55,444 nt of DNA from a virus (lineage: Duplodnaviria; Caudoviricetes). The stretch spans positions 1 through 55,444 of the IMG/VR virus record IMGVR_UViG_3300014848_000022; one strand, written 5' to 3'. Positions 8,747 through 18,228 of the stretch are shown piece after piece. Each line of letters begins with the position of its first letter. The stretch's first letter is position 1. The notes below the pieces were generated by a model. The model searched no databases. It worked only from the letters and a program-made list of their open reading frames with translations, and had not been told where the DNA came from. Made by a program: the position numbers and the translations under genes.

Positions 8747-10057
8747 TCAGTATCCGATCGAGAAGAGGGTGATGGCGAACGATCCGCTGGTGGAACTGTG
8801 CACCGTCGCGGTGGATGCTGTGGTGGACGTCACGTAGATCGACACGTCCGTCACCCCGTCGTCGCCATTGACCCATGCGAACGAGTCATTGTTGAACGCA
8901 GACATATAGCTGAAAGTCTGGGACGAACTCGCCGAGAACGTCAGCCGCTGAACCTGGATCTTGAAGCCGTTCGACCACTGGATATAGCCGCCCGTTGAGC
9001 CGAATGAGAACGCCGTGATGACCGGCATTGCGGGGGAGCCGGATCCAAGCTGAAAGGCCGTCCCGTCGTAAACCAGCGTATAGATCTGCCCGGCGACCAT
9101 CGCGCCCGGTTGCAGCGGTGAGCCGGCGAACGTAATTGCCCTCGCGCCCAGCCCATTGACATTCATGGTCGCGGCGCCGGTCGTAGTGTTCGCGGCCCTG
9201 ACCGTGATCGACATGCCAGTGGTGTATCCGGTCGGCGCCGGTGTCATTGAGATCGACAGGGCATTGACCGCCCCGGTATCGGCGGCAAAATGATAGCTGC
9301 CACCGAGGATCGCCTGAGCGAGTCCAGCCGGCGTGACCGCCTTGTTCGTGATCGTGCCCGCAATGGTCTCGACGAGGCTGGCAAGACCAATGGCCGATTG
9401 TGCGATCTGTGGAAGCGTCGCGGAAATGAACGGCGCTCCGGTGGCCGTCGCGATATTCGCCGATGTGATAGTGGTCTGGCCGTAGGACACGGTGACATAG
9501 TAGAGCGGCACGAAACCGGCGTCGGCCGCCGGGGGCGTCGGACTTGCCGAAGGGGCCCCGGCCTTGATCGCCACATTGACATTCCCGGCCCGCGTTGTCG
9601 CGGACGATGCCCCGGTGTTGCTCGGGCCGGAGTAGGGAACTGCGGGGTTTGACGCATTGTAGAACGGAAGGACGGTGCCGTCGGTGTCGACTTCGCTGTA
9701 GGCCGCCTGGATCAGGAAGATGACCGACTGTCCCGAGACGGCGGGGGGAGTGAAGGTCAGAAGCGTGTCGTCGCTGGCGGCAATGATGCCCTGCTTCAGC
9801 ACATAATCCGACGTGTTGGCCGGGAGGCTGGAATAGGCCGTCCCATCAACTGGCTGGAGCGAATAGATCGCCCCCGGCCCGATGCGGACAGACAGGCTTG
9901 CTGGCGTCGTCGGGGTGGCGGAAAGGCCGGAAACCAGCGTGGAAGTGCCGAGGATATCCTGAGCCAGGCGCCCGAGCGCAACCATGACATTCCTGTTGGT
10001 GCCCAGCAGGTCGGTCTCAAGCGGGACTTGGCCCGGCCACACAATTTTTCTGTCCAT
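8747..10057 (-). CDS. Tail fibre protein
   Basis: Follows baseplate genes; ASLVETIAGTITNKAVTPAGL fibre repeat; C-terminal GYIQWSNGFKIQ...AIGY-like tip. Confidence 0.85.
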   Translation of the reverse strand: MDRKIVWPGQVPLETDLLGTNRNVMVALGRLAQDILGTSTLVSGLSATPTTPASLSVRIGPGAIYSLQPVDGTAYSSLPANTSDYVLKQGIIAASDDTLLTFTPPAVSGQSVIFLIQAAYSEVDTDGTVLPFYNASNPAVPYSGPSNTGASSATTRAGNVNVAIKAGAPSASPTPPAADAGFVPLYYVTVSYGQTTITSANIATATGAPFISATLPQIAQSAIGLASLVETIAGTITNKAVTPAGLAQAILGGSYHFAADTGAVNALSISMTPAPTGYTTGMSITVRAANTTTGAATMNVNGLGARAITFAGSPLQPGAMVAGQIYTLVYDGTAFQLGSGSPAMPVITAFSFGSTGGYIQWSNGFKIQVQRLTFSASSSQTFSYMSAFNNDSFAWVNGDDGVTDVSIYVTSTTASTATVHSSTSGSFAITLFSIGY

Positions 10058-10091
10058 GTCTGCTCCGAGGAAGGATGGCGCGCAGCGGCCT

Positions 10092-10826
10092 TCAGGCGAG
10101 GTTGATCGGCCGCCCGTTAATCGTGAAAGGTAGCGTGTTGACCGTGATGTCGTCTTCGCCGCGATGGTTGCGGATGCGCGTCCAGATGGTCACGCCAACC
10201 GCCTTCGATTGCGCAATCGCATCGTAGATCTGGCCATCGGTCACTCGCGCGCCCAACATGTCCAGCGAGGCGTATTCGGCCTGACTGCCAACGCCATAGC
10301 CAGCCGAGCTGGCGCCATAGCCAGCAACCGTTGCGATGCCCGGCTGCCGTGGGCGATCCGCAACCAGAAATGCCTGGGCGGGAAGGGCGAGCGATCCATA
10401 GGCCCCAGCGCCCCCATAGCAGCCATAGCCGACGCCATAGGCGCCGCAGTCCACTGGGCGGAACGGTTCGATGACCTCGGGGGCGAAGCCGGTTAAGGCC
10501 TCGATCACATCCGAAATCGCCTGCCGTGTCGCCTGCGGACGCAGCAGGTTGGCCAAGATGATGGATCGGAAGCTGTCATCGTTCTGCCCAGCGGCGCGAA
10601 CGATCCGCGTTCCGAAGAAATCCTGCGCGACGATATCCAGCCAAATGCCCGATGCCGTGCGAATGCGGGTTTGCGCCTTGGCATAGGCAAACAGGCTGTA
10701 GGCAAAGGCCAGAACGACAGCCGCTGCGGCCACCAGCGCATCCACCAGCGGGTTCGATTCTCCGAACCACGGCGGCAGCAGGCGCCGGATGCGCGCCGCC
10801 ATGTCGGCATTATCACCGATTGCCAT
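10092..10826 (-). CDS. Baseplate wedge protein (P2 gpI/Mu gp48-like)
   Basis: Motifs RRLLPPWF, ASGIWLDIVAQDFFG, DDSFRSII; downstream of baseplate J. Confidence 0.75.
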   Translation of the reverse strand: MAIGDNADMAARIRRLLPPWFGESNPLVDALVAAAAVVLAFAYSLFAYAKAQTRIRTASGIWLDIVAQDFFGTRIVRAAGQNDDSFRSIILANLLRPQATRQAISDVIEALTGFAPEVIEPFRPVDCGAYGVGYGCYGGAGAYGSLALPAQAFLVADRPRQPGIATVAGYGASSAGYGVGSQAEYASLDMLGARVTDGQIYDAIAQSKAVGVTIWTRIRNHRGEDDITVNTLPFTINGRPINLA

Positions 10827-11953
10827 CAGGTCACCGTGATCGAACCGGCCTGCACCACCTGCTTGGCCGTAGTGGTCAGGTCGCTAGTTCCGGAATTGAT
10901 CGTCAGGCCGGTTACGCTCGAAACACCGGCCACCCCATAGGCGACACTGAACAGCCGGCTGTACATCAGCGTGTCGCCCTGGATCAGCGTCGCGATATAG
11001 TCGGCAATTGCCGTCTGCACTGCGGCGCGGACCGTGGCGCCAATATAGCCAGAGGCGATGCCGACGGTCAGGCCGATATTGGCCACCACCGGAACCACCG
11101 CGAACGCTGCTTGCTGGATACCGCAAGCGCGCACCGCCTCCACAGCCGTTGCCGCCGCGTTCACTGTTTCGGTCGTGGGCGAGCCGCTTCCATCATTGAT
11201 GACGGTGTAGAACGAGCCCGGCTTGTAGTTGCCCGCATAGTCGTAATTTTCGACGATCACGTCGGTCAGCCCGAGTTGCAGCGATGTGATCGCGTAGTCC
11301 ACCGCTGCTGGCGTCGCCTTGGCCAGCGAGCTGATGTATTCGACGAAGCGCAGGCGAAACGCGGCATCGCTTTCGGCGTCAGAGCCGTTGGCAAAGGCCA
11401 GGGCATTGCTCACCGTGTCCACGCCGGAGATAGCCTGTGCGAGCGTGTTGATTGCCCCGGCGGCTGCGTTGCCCGCTGCGCCGGCAGTCGTCGCCCGGAT
11501 CGCCACGACAGCCGAAGTCGTTCCTGCCGGGATCACATAGGCCCCTGCGCCCGCACTCCAAGCCAAGAGCGAGGAATCGGCCACCACAGCATATTGCACC
11601 GCCCCATCGGCGGTCTGCACCAGCGTGCCCACCGGGATCGTTGCCGCGTTGGTCGGCGTGAACCGGGCAAACGTGGCTTGTCCGGACGATTCCACGGCAG
11701 CCAGGCGTGTCACCGCAAAATCGGCCATCCAGCTATCCAGGTCGGTCAATTGCGCCGTGGCCGCGCGCGTCGTCGTCAGCAGTTGCAGGATGATCGCCTG
11801 CAACCACAGCACCACGGCAGCAAAGGCTTGGGCTAGAGCGCGCAAGATCGAGCCAGTCGAGAAGTCGATCAGCGCCGAGGATGATGCGCCCTGCACGGCA
11901 TTGGCCTGCACTTCGACAAGCTGGTCGAAGGTCCGGGTTTCAAGGTCAGCCAT
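10826..11953 (-). CDS. Baseplate J-like protein
   Basis: GSILRAL, LDSWMADF, GAAGN and GSDAESDAAFRLR motifs. Confidence 0.92.
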   Translation of the reverse strand: MADLETRTFDQLVEVQANAVQGASSSALIDFSTGSILRALAQAFAAVVLWLQAIILQLLTTTRAATAQLTDLDSWMADFAVTRLAAVESSGQATFARFTPTNAATIPVGTLVQTADGAVQYAVVADSSLLAWSAGAGAYVIPAGTTSAVVAIRATTAGAAGNAAAGAINTLAQAISGVDTVSNALAFANGSDAESDAAFRLRFVEYISSLAKATPAAVDYAITSLQLGLTDVIVENYDYAGNYKPGSFYTVINDGSGSPTTETVNAAATAVEAVRACGIQQAAFAVVPVVANIGLTVGIASGYIGATVRAAVQTAIADYIATLIQGDTLMYSRLFSVAYGVAGVSSVTGLTINSGTSDLTTTAKQVVQAGSITVT

Positions 11954-11956
11954 GGA

Positions 11957-12343
11957 TCAGGCGCTCACGTTGAAAGACAGGGTCACCGGCTCGCTGGTCG
12001 CGGCATCGGCATACTGGATCAGAACGGAAAATCCGCCACCGTCGGCGTTGGCGATCTGGGTCACCTGCACGACAGGCTCCGGGATCTTCGCCACCGAATC
12101 CTCCAGCAGTACCTGCCCCCGGATCAGCGCCCGGATTTCGGCCAGGTCGGCGGTCCGCCCGATCCATTGCGCCAGGCCGGCGCCGTAAGTCGGCTCGAAA
12201 ATGTAATCGCCCGGATTGGTCAGCAGGCGCCGCAGCACCCTCTGCTGCCCGCGCACGGTGTCGGTCACGCCTTGCAGGTCACCGGTGTTCGAGGACGAGA
12301 TATCGCCGCCGATGTAGTGGTAGACGTCGGCCAGCGTGGTCAT
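11957..12343 (-). CDS. Baseplate gp25/GPW-like protein
   Basis: QRVLRRLLTNPGDYIFEPTYGAGL motif. Confidence 0.82.
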   Translation of the reverse strand: MTTLADVYHYIGGDISSSNTGDLQGVTDTVRGQQRVLRRLLTNPGDYIFEPTYGAGLAQWIGRTADLAEIRALIRGQVLLEDSVAKIPEPVVQVTQIANADGGGFSVLIQYADAATSEPVTLSFNVSA

Positions 12344-12903
12344 GCCGGGGGCCCCGACTGCCCGGTCCCCGGCTGCACATCGTTGTGCAGGTGGGCTTTC
12401 AGGCTCTTTCCACCAGCCACGACATCATCGCTGGCGGTCAGCTTTCCGGTATGAGCCCAGTTGCCAACCGACGTGATATCGCCATCCTTGAGCGCGATGG
12501 ATGCGCCAGCGCCGCTGTCCAGCGTCAAAGCGCCGTCGTTGGCCAACTTGATCGACGAGCCTGAGCGATGCACCAGCCACATTTCCCCGGACGGCACCGT
12601 GAGCGGCCGGTCTTCGTCGTTGAAGAACCGCCAACCCGCCGTTCCGACGCCTCCGTCGCCCTCTTGAAAATCGATCTCGATCGCGTCGCCGATGCTGGGC
12701 GGGCAGAACAGGCCCCAGCCATTACCCACCCACGGGCTTTTCAGCGGCAGCCAGTCGGTCAGCGTGTCGTCGGGCTGCAACTTGACCTTCACCGCATAGG
12801 CGTTCGGGTCATAGGCATCGACAATGCCATGGCGCGTCGCTCCGCCAGTGCCGTAGGCTTCCTGCGCGGCGCGGCGCATCTGGTTCATGAGGCCGTCCAT
12901 CAT
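12340..12903 (-). CDS. Baseplate spike (gpV-like)
   Basis: N-terminal OB-fold with TDWLP and PPSIGD; C-terminal KSLKAHLH..VQPG metal-binding tip. Confidence 0.9.
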   Translation of the reverse strand: MMDGLMNQMRRAAQEAYGTGGATRHGIVDAYDPNAYAVKVKLQPDDTLTDWLPLKSPWVGNGWGLFCPPSIGDAIEIDFQEGDGGVGTAGWRFFNDEDRPLTVPSGEMWLVHRSGSSIKLANDGALTLDSGAGASIALKDGDITSVGNWAHTGKLTASDDVVAGGKSLKAHLHNDVQPGTGQSGPPA

Positions 12904-14018
12904 GTCTGGTTTTCCACGGTGTCGCTGATGTTCTTGGCCGTCACGGTCATGCGGAAGCCCTCGTCGATCGACATCGAGCGCTTCACGCTGTCCGGGTAAT
13001 AGGTCTGGTCCCAGCTGGTGCCGGTGCCACGCACCTGAAGCAGCATCGAGCAGTCGAGCAGCATGTCGCCCGGCAGGTCGGCGCTCAGTCGCACCATGTG
13101 CTGCACGATCTGCTCATAGATCGCCTTGGCCCGCTGGATCGCCTGATCTTGGGTCAGCCCGGCAATGGTGTAATGGTAAGCCAGCGGTGTCGCGGCCCCG
13201 GATTGCCCCGGCTTGGTCGACTTCACCGCCTTGGGCCATGCGGCCTCAAAGGACCGCTTGCTCTTGCTGTTCCATGACCGAACCGTGACCACCACACCCT
13301 TGGCAATCGTCAAGGATCGATCGAACCGCAGCGACACCACATTGGCCTCAGGCGCGCCTTCATCGGGTTGGCGCCATTCGATCACATAGCGCGCACCCGC
13401 ATCCGCTGGCTTGGCTTGGAAATAGAGGGTCTCGCCGCGCACGAACACGTCGAAATCCTCGTAGGCTGCCAGCTCCACCAGCAAATCCCATTCGCTGCGC
13501 TCTTGGCTCAGCCCGCTGTGATTCTGGCTGTAGTAGGTGCCAACGCGGGTCGTGGTCGGGTCAACCTGCGCGGCGAGGCCATGCCGGGCGGCCAGCGTCT
13601 GCGCGATCTGGCTGCTGGTCTGGTTCAGAAAATTCTCGCTGGTCTTGGTGTCGATCAGCTTTGCGGTCCAATCCCGCCCGGTGATGTGGATTGTGCCAGC
13701 CAGCGGATCAAACTCGATATCATCCACCTGACCAAGGATCAGCCGATCGGCTGCCGTGGGCTGGTAGTTGGCGGGGCTCACTGCATCGGTGGTCATGAAC
13801 ACTTCGCAGTCGATGCTGCTCTGGCTGCCGAACCATGCCGGGCCATAGGCCGCCGGCAGCGCGCCGACCGCGAACGTCACGTCGAAGGTATCGGCGGCCC
13901 GATAGGCATTGTTGTCCACATTGATGGCAACGCACGGCACGAACGCGCCGTTGAGCTTGACCGCGGCGCGCGGGCTGCGTGCGCCGGGCAGCGCCGGTAG
14001 GGCATTGATGTCAGGCAT
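12900..14018 (-). CDS. Baseplate hub (gpD/Mu gp44-like)
   Basis: ADTFDVTF, ITGRD, SEWDLLVELA and LPGD motifs; synteny. Confidence 0.82.
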   Translation of the reverse strand: MPDINALPALPGARSPRAAVKLNGAFVPCVAINVDNNAYRAADTFDVTFAVGALPAAYGPAWFGSQSSIDCEVFMTTDAVSPANYQPTAADRLILGQVDDIEFDPLAGTIHITGRDWTAKLIDTKTSENFLNQTSSQIAQTLAARHGLAAQVDPTTTRVGTYYSQNHSGLSQERSEWDLLVELAAYEDFDVFVRGETLYFQAKPADAGARYVIEWRQPDEGAPEANVVSLRFDRSLTIAKGVVVTVRSWNSKSKRSFEAAWPKAVKSTKPGQSGAATPLAYHYTIAGLTQDQAIQRAKAIYEQIVQHMVRLSADLPGDMLLDCSMLLQVRGTGTSWDQTYYPDSVKRSMSIDEGFRMTVTAKNISDTVENQT

Positions 14019-14976
14019 TCAGCACGCCGCCCGTGGTCGATGCCGCGCCGGGCTTGGCGGGCACCACCAGCGTCGTGATGCCATTCACCTGCGGATCGGT
14101 CAGGCCATTGGCTTGAGCGAGGGCCGTCCAGTCGCGGGCGTCGCCATATTGGTCAGCCGCCACCTTGAACAGCGTGGTCGAGCCGGTCGTCACCGTCTTG
14201 GCCCCGGCATTCAGCGCGCCGAAGTTCAGGCTCATGCGGCCCAGCCGGGCGTCAATATCGGCCAGCGTTCCGGTGGTCTGGGCGGCATTCACCGACGATG
14301 ACAGGCCGGAGACGAACCGCGCCACCGGGTTCGGCACTGCGCCTCCCAGCGAAGCCAGCGAGCCGAGTTGCGCCAGCGTGGTCGACGCCTCCTGAATCAG
14401 ACTCGTGGCAATCGCGCGCGCCTCGTTGATCGGCTTCAGCACGGCATTGATCTGCGCCACCGTAGCCGTGCGGAAATCCTGCACCTTCTTCATCGCGCTC
14501 TGGATCGATGCCACTGCGCTTGAGAGGCCGGAATGCCCCACCGTTGCCGCCGATGCGGCCACTGCCGTGATATCGGCGTTGACTTGCGCCGTGGTGTCCG
14601 CACTTGCCGTGGCGCCGCCGGGCGCGACGTTGTCAGTGATGACCTCGACCGCCAGAGAATAGGGCAGGCGCGAGGCCAGCTCAAACTCGCAGCGGAACGA
14701 GCGGATCAGGACGGTATAGGACTGCTCGGACCATGTCAGCGATAGCGGGGCGCCAGCATCCATCAGCACCTTGATCTGCCGGGCGCGCGCCTGGGCGTCG
14801 GGGCCGATGAAGAAGCCGGACCATTCCGGGTTCACCGGATCGGCGCCTAGCGCGTCGAGCACCTTCTTGCCGCCGATCAGCCGGTGCACGTTCATGCGCT
14901 GCTCGCCGCCGAACGGGATGCGCTCGGGGATCTCGTAGCGCCCGAAGATGACGCCGCCGAGGGTCAAGGTGGTCAT
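14011..14976 (-). CDS. Tail tube initiator-like protein with C-terminal LysM-like domain
   Basis: TLFKVAADQYGDARDWTALAQANGLTDP; directly after tape measure. Confidence 0.75.
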   Translation of the reverse strand: MTTLTLGGVIFGRYEIPERIPFGGEQRMNVHRLIGGKKVLDALGADPVNPEWSGFFIGPDAQARARQIKVLMDAGAPLSLTWSEQSYTVLIRSFRCEFELASRLPYSLAVEVITDNVAPGGATASADTTAQVNADITAVAASAATVGHSGLSSAVASIQSAMKKVQDFRTATVAQINAVLKPINEARAIATSLIQEASTTLAQLGSLASLGGAVPNPVARFVSGLSSSVNAAQTTGTLADIDARLGRMSLNFGALNAGAKTVTTGSTTLFKVAADQYGDARDWTALAQANGLTDPQVNGITTLVVPAKPGAASTTGGVLNA

Positions 14977-16976
14977 GGGCGCCGCAGTGCCGTTGACGGG
15001 GCAGCGCGGGACCAGTCAAAGCTGGTCGCGCCGGTGTTCGGGCGGTTGGCCGCCTGCGCTTGCCGTGCGGTCAGCATCTGGCCCACCTTGCGCCCATCGA
15101 GATAAACCGCAGCTGGGCGATGCTGCATCGTGCCGCCGGGATTTGGAACGGCGGCAGAGCGATTGCGCCACGCATCATAATCATCGGCGAAATGCGTCTT
15201 ACTGATCTGCAAGGCGGCCGGAAGAATGGAGTTCACACCTGCAATCAGCGTGTTGAACACTGTCTGCCAGCCACGCAGAAACACGGCTGTGAAACTGCCT
15301 AGCGCGCCGATGATGTCGCCGTGGAACAGCTTCACGACACCATCCTTGATATCGGCCCACGACTTGATCAGCGCCCCCTTGATCTCCTTCCAGTTGTTCC
15401 AGACCAGCAGGGCGGCCACCGCGATTCCGGCGATCACCAATCCGACAGGCGTAAACACTAGCAGGAGGTCGCCCAGAAGCGCCCGGCCGCCGGTCAAAAT
15501 GCCTCCCCACACGGCGCCCATAATTCCCCGAAAAATTCCGAAGAAGAGCCCGATTGCGCTGCCCGCAGATGTGAACCATCCCGCGATCATCGGCGCAAGG
15601 CCGAGAAACTTGATTACGCCAGCCAGCATCAGCGCCTTTCCGATCAGCATCAGCGCGCCGCCAATACCGATCAATCCGAAAGCAATCGCCGCCGTCAGGT
15701 TCGGATGATCCGACATCCATTGTGCGATGTGGTCGAGCCCATTGGCGAATTTGACCATGAACGGGATCAGCTTGGGCAGCACCTGATAGCCCAGGATGGC
15801 CAGGATGTTCTGCCACTGATTGTGCAGGGCCTGCTCAGCAAGCTGCGGGTTCGATTTCAGCAGCCGGTCATAAGCCTGCTTGCTCGATCCGCCGGAAGCG
15901 ATCAGTTCGCGGTCACGCTCAAACTGAGGCGACTTGCCGATCATGGTGTTCAGAAACCACTGCGCGTTGCGGTTGCCCAGCATGCCCGAAAGAATCTGCT
16001 CGCGGTTCAGTCCGCGCGACTTGCCGTAGGCGTCGATCGCTGGCGCCAGCACCTGATTGGCCCATGCATAGGGGTTCTGCTGAAAAAGCTGTGCGCCCTT
16101 CACGGCGCCCGGCTTGAGCTGCATCTGCCCGGTGCTGTTTTTCACCACGTCGGACGGGTTGATCAGCCCCATTTGCTCCCACAGCGGGATAGCCGACTTC
16201 TTGAGCGTGCCTTGAATCACCGCCCCATAGGTGGACATCAACGCGGTGCCCGCCGTCTGCGCGCCGCCACCCTTGGTCTTCACTTCCTGGATCAGCGTCG
16301 GCAGGTAACTGTAGACGAAATCGTCGTTCAGCCCGAACGCACTGGTCTTGGCCTGCTTGAGCGCCATGTGGAAGTCGTTGACGGTCAAAGTCCCGCCCAT
16401 GCCCATCAGCGCGCGGGCCATCAGATCGGCGTTCTGCTGCATCCGCTGGGCAGACATCACGCCCGGCGTGCGCAGTTCGATGGCCTTGACCATGTCGAAG
16501 GCAACGCCTTCCTGCTCTTTGCCTGTCAAAGCTTCCAGAACTGCCTTGGTGCGCTGCACGGTCGGCAGGATCGCATAGGCCTCGCCCATGTGGTGCAGGC
16601 CAAACACGGAACGCAGTTCGCGGATTGCTTTGAGGTTTTCCGCCGCGCTTGACGTGATAACGCTTTGGCTCGTCTTCCAGGCCTGCGCAGTCGCCTCGGC
16701 AATGTCCTTCTGGCCCATCCCGGCCGCACTCATCAGCGAAAGCTGGCGGGTGTATTCCTTGCTGGCATCGATGGACTTGCCCATGAAGCCGAGGATGCCT
16801 TGGCCAGCGCGGTCCAGCCCATAGCCCACCGCTACCATTTTCAGCGCGGAGAGCTTACCTTGCAGGTTCGTGGCGGCGCCATGGGCCTTGAGCAAGTCGT
16901 TCGCCAGGATACGCACGCCCTGCGACGCGAGGTTCGCGACGCTAAGCTTGATCGCAACAGAATAGGCGAACGACAT
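14973..16976 (-). CDS. Tape measure protein
   Basis: 667 aa, helical and Ala/Gly-rich with hydrophobic segments; C-terminal VYLDGRKVG; SD GGAG. Confidence 0.88.
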   Translation of the reverse strand: MSFAYSVAIKLSVANLASQGVRILANDLLKAHGAATNLQGKLSALKMVAVGYGLDRAGQGILGFMGKSIDASKEYTRQLSLMSAAGMGQKDIAEATAQAWKTSQSVITSSAAENLKAIRELRSVFGLHHMGEAYAILPTVQRTKAVLEALTGKEQEGVAFDMVKAIELRTPGVMSAQRMQQNADLMARALMGMGGTLTVNDFHMALKQAKTSAFGLNDDFVYSYLPTLIQEVKTKGGGAQTAGTALMSTYGAVIQGTLKKSAIPLWEQMGLINPSDVVKNSTGQMQLKPGAVKGAQLFQQNPYAWANQVLAPAIDAYGKSRGLNREQILSGMLGNRNAQWFLNTMIGKSPQFERDRELIASGGSSKQAYDRLLKSNPQLAEQALHNQWQNILAILGYQVLPKLIPFMVKFANGLDHIAQWMSDHPNLTAAIAFGLIGIGGALMLIGKALMLAGVIKFLGLAPMIAGWFTSAGSAIGLFFGIFRGIMGAVWGGILTGGRALLGDLLLVFTPVGLVIAGIAVAALLVWNNWKEIKGALIKSWADIKDGVVKLFHGDIIGALGSFTAVFLRGWQTVFNTLIAGVNSILPAALQISKTHFADDYDAWRNRSAAVPNPGGTMQHRPAAVYLDGRKVGQMLTARQAQAANRPNTGATSFDWSRAAPSTALRRP

Positions 16977-17187
16977 GGGTTATCTCCGCCGGGTCCATGA
17001 ATGGGCCGCAGACAAGGGATGGGCGCAATACCCCGAGCCGGAATGGCGCGTTCAGCGCCGCCGGGAGCAGGGCGATTGGCTCGATACTGCTTTCAAATTG
17101 ACGGTAGCCGGCTTCCTGATAGGGCCGATCATCGCGCCGGTGCTGTTGGGGATCCTGGTCTTGATCGTCATCGCCATTGGATGGTGA
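16975..17187 (+). CDS. Small membrane protein (antisense moron)
   Basis: 70 aa with a strong C-terminal hydrophobic segment; weak SD. Confidence 0.45.
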   Translation: MGYLRRVHEWAADKGWAQYPEPEWRVQRRREQGDWLDTAFKLTVAGFLIGPIIAPVLLGILVLIVIAIGW

Positions 17188-17277
17188 CGCAATTTGACCG
17201 GAAAGACTGACGGGATTCGACTCTCATCTGGCCGGTTGTTAGGCCGCAACTTCCATCCAAGACTCGGGGGTTCGGTA

Positions 17278-17550
17278 ATGGACGATGCGGTGATCGGCTC
17301 GATGCGTGGGGAAATTATGGCCCTGCGACTGCTCGTCACAGAGCTTTTCCGGGTGATGGCCCTTCGCGATCCGCCGCTCAATCATCTGCTCGACCGAGCG
17401 CTGAGCCAGCTCGAAGGCGATGCGGAGATCGCCGCCTTCGAGTTCGGGAAACCAGGGCATGCGGCATATCTCACCAGTCTTTCGGAAGTGATCGAGGAGG
17501 TCCGCACCTCTGTGTTTGAGATTGGCCGCAAGCAGGATGATGCGGTCTAG
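17278..17550 (+). CDS. Hypothetical protein (antisense moron)
   Basis: 90 aa with natural helical composition; start uncertain (ORF open from 17194). Confidence 0.5.
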   Translation: MDDAVIGSMRGEIMALRLLVTELFRVMALRDPPLNHLLDRALSQLEGDAEIAAFEFGKPGHAAYLTSLSEVIEEVRTSVFEIGRKQDDAV

Positions 17551-17578
17551 ATGCTTCAAGTCATCCATGGCATCCCCC

Positions 17579-17608
17579 AAAGAAATGGCCGTCCGGTAAG
17601 GGACGGCC
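17579..17608 (-). terminator. Terminator-like hairpin
   Basis: GGCCGTCC-CTTACC-GGACGGCC followed by ATTTCTTT. Confidence 0.65.
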
Positions 17609-17652
17609 TGCAAATGCCCGGCTGTGCGGGCGAATTTCTAGGAATGGTCATC

Positions 17653-17681
17653 ACCCTACGCTGCTACTCACGCGGGGGCAA
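17653..17681 (-). promoter_or_regulatory. Putative internal late promoter
   Basis: TTGCCC-17 nt-TAGGGT; contains CGCGTGAGTAGCA shared with the promoter at 31559-31587. Confidence 0.6.
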
Positions 17682-17755
17682 GGGGGCGCTGCATCAGTTC
17701 GGGCCGCTGTCAGGCGCCTCGTTGAAGGGCGCTAGAGGACTTAGTAGGCGGCGGA

Positions 17756-18025
17756 TCACCATCCGGCCACGCCGCCGTGGTGCGAGCAAGTGCCGCGCGC
17801 ATGCTGGCTAAAACTCCAACTGCCGTCTGCGCAATGAGCGGTAGCGCCAGCAGGACGCCCACGCGAACGCATCGGGCTATGGATCGAGTTTCCATCGACA
17901 TTTGTGTAATGCGCGCCCCACGATGGACCGAAGTTATGGTGCACGGCATGGTGCCTATGGGCGCGTGCTTCTGCCAATCCCGGCGCGGCCACGCACAAAA
18001 CAACCGCCAAAATGGAACGAATCAT
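17756..18025 (-). CDS. DUF3761-family secreted protein
   Basis: Signal peptide plus GATAHCADGSWSFSQHARGTCSHHGGVAGW signature; SD AGGAGG. Confidence 0.85.
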   Translation of the reverse strand: MIRSILAVVLCVAAPGLAEARAHRHHAVHHNFGPSWGAHYTNVDGNSIHSPMRSRGRPAGATAHCADGSWSFSQHARGTCSHHGGVAGW

Positions 18026-18228
18026 GAATAATCCTCCTGCTTGAGGAGGTTACCGTGATGTTTTGTTGTATGGGCGGCAAGTTCTGCTGCGGATCGGCGC
18101 CGGGCACGCGACTGCCGAAGGGTAAATGTTACTCTGCATAGGAGGGTGGTATAAAAAAGGGTTGCGTCGCGTGGGGGATAATCGGCGATATCAGAAGGTC
18201 GCTGACGCTCCGCTCATTGCGGTGATCA

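Noticed and set aside
5440-10057. Diversity-generating retroelement or invertible tail-fibre switch
   Set aside because: No reverse transcriptase, invertase or template/variable repeat pair was seen in the window.
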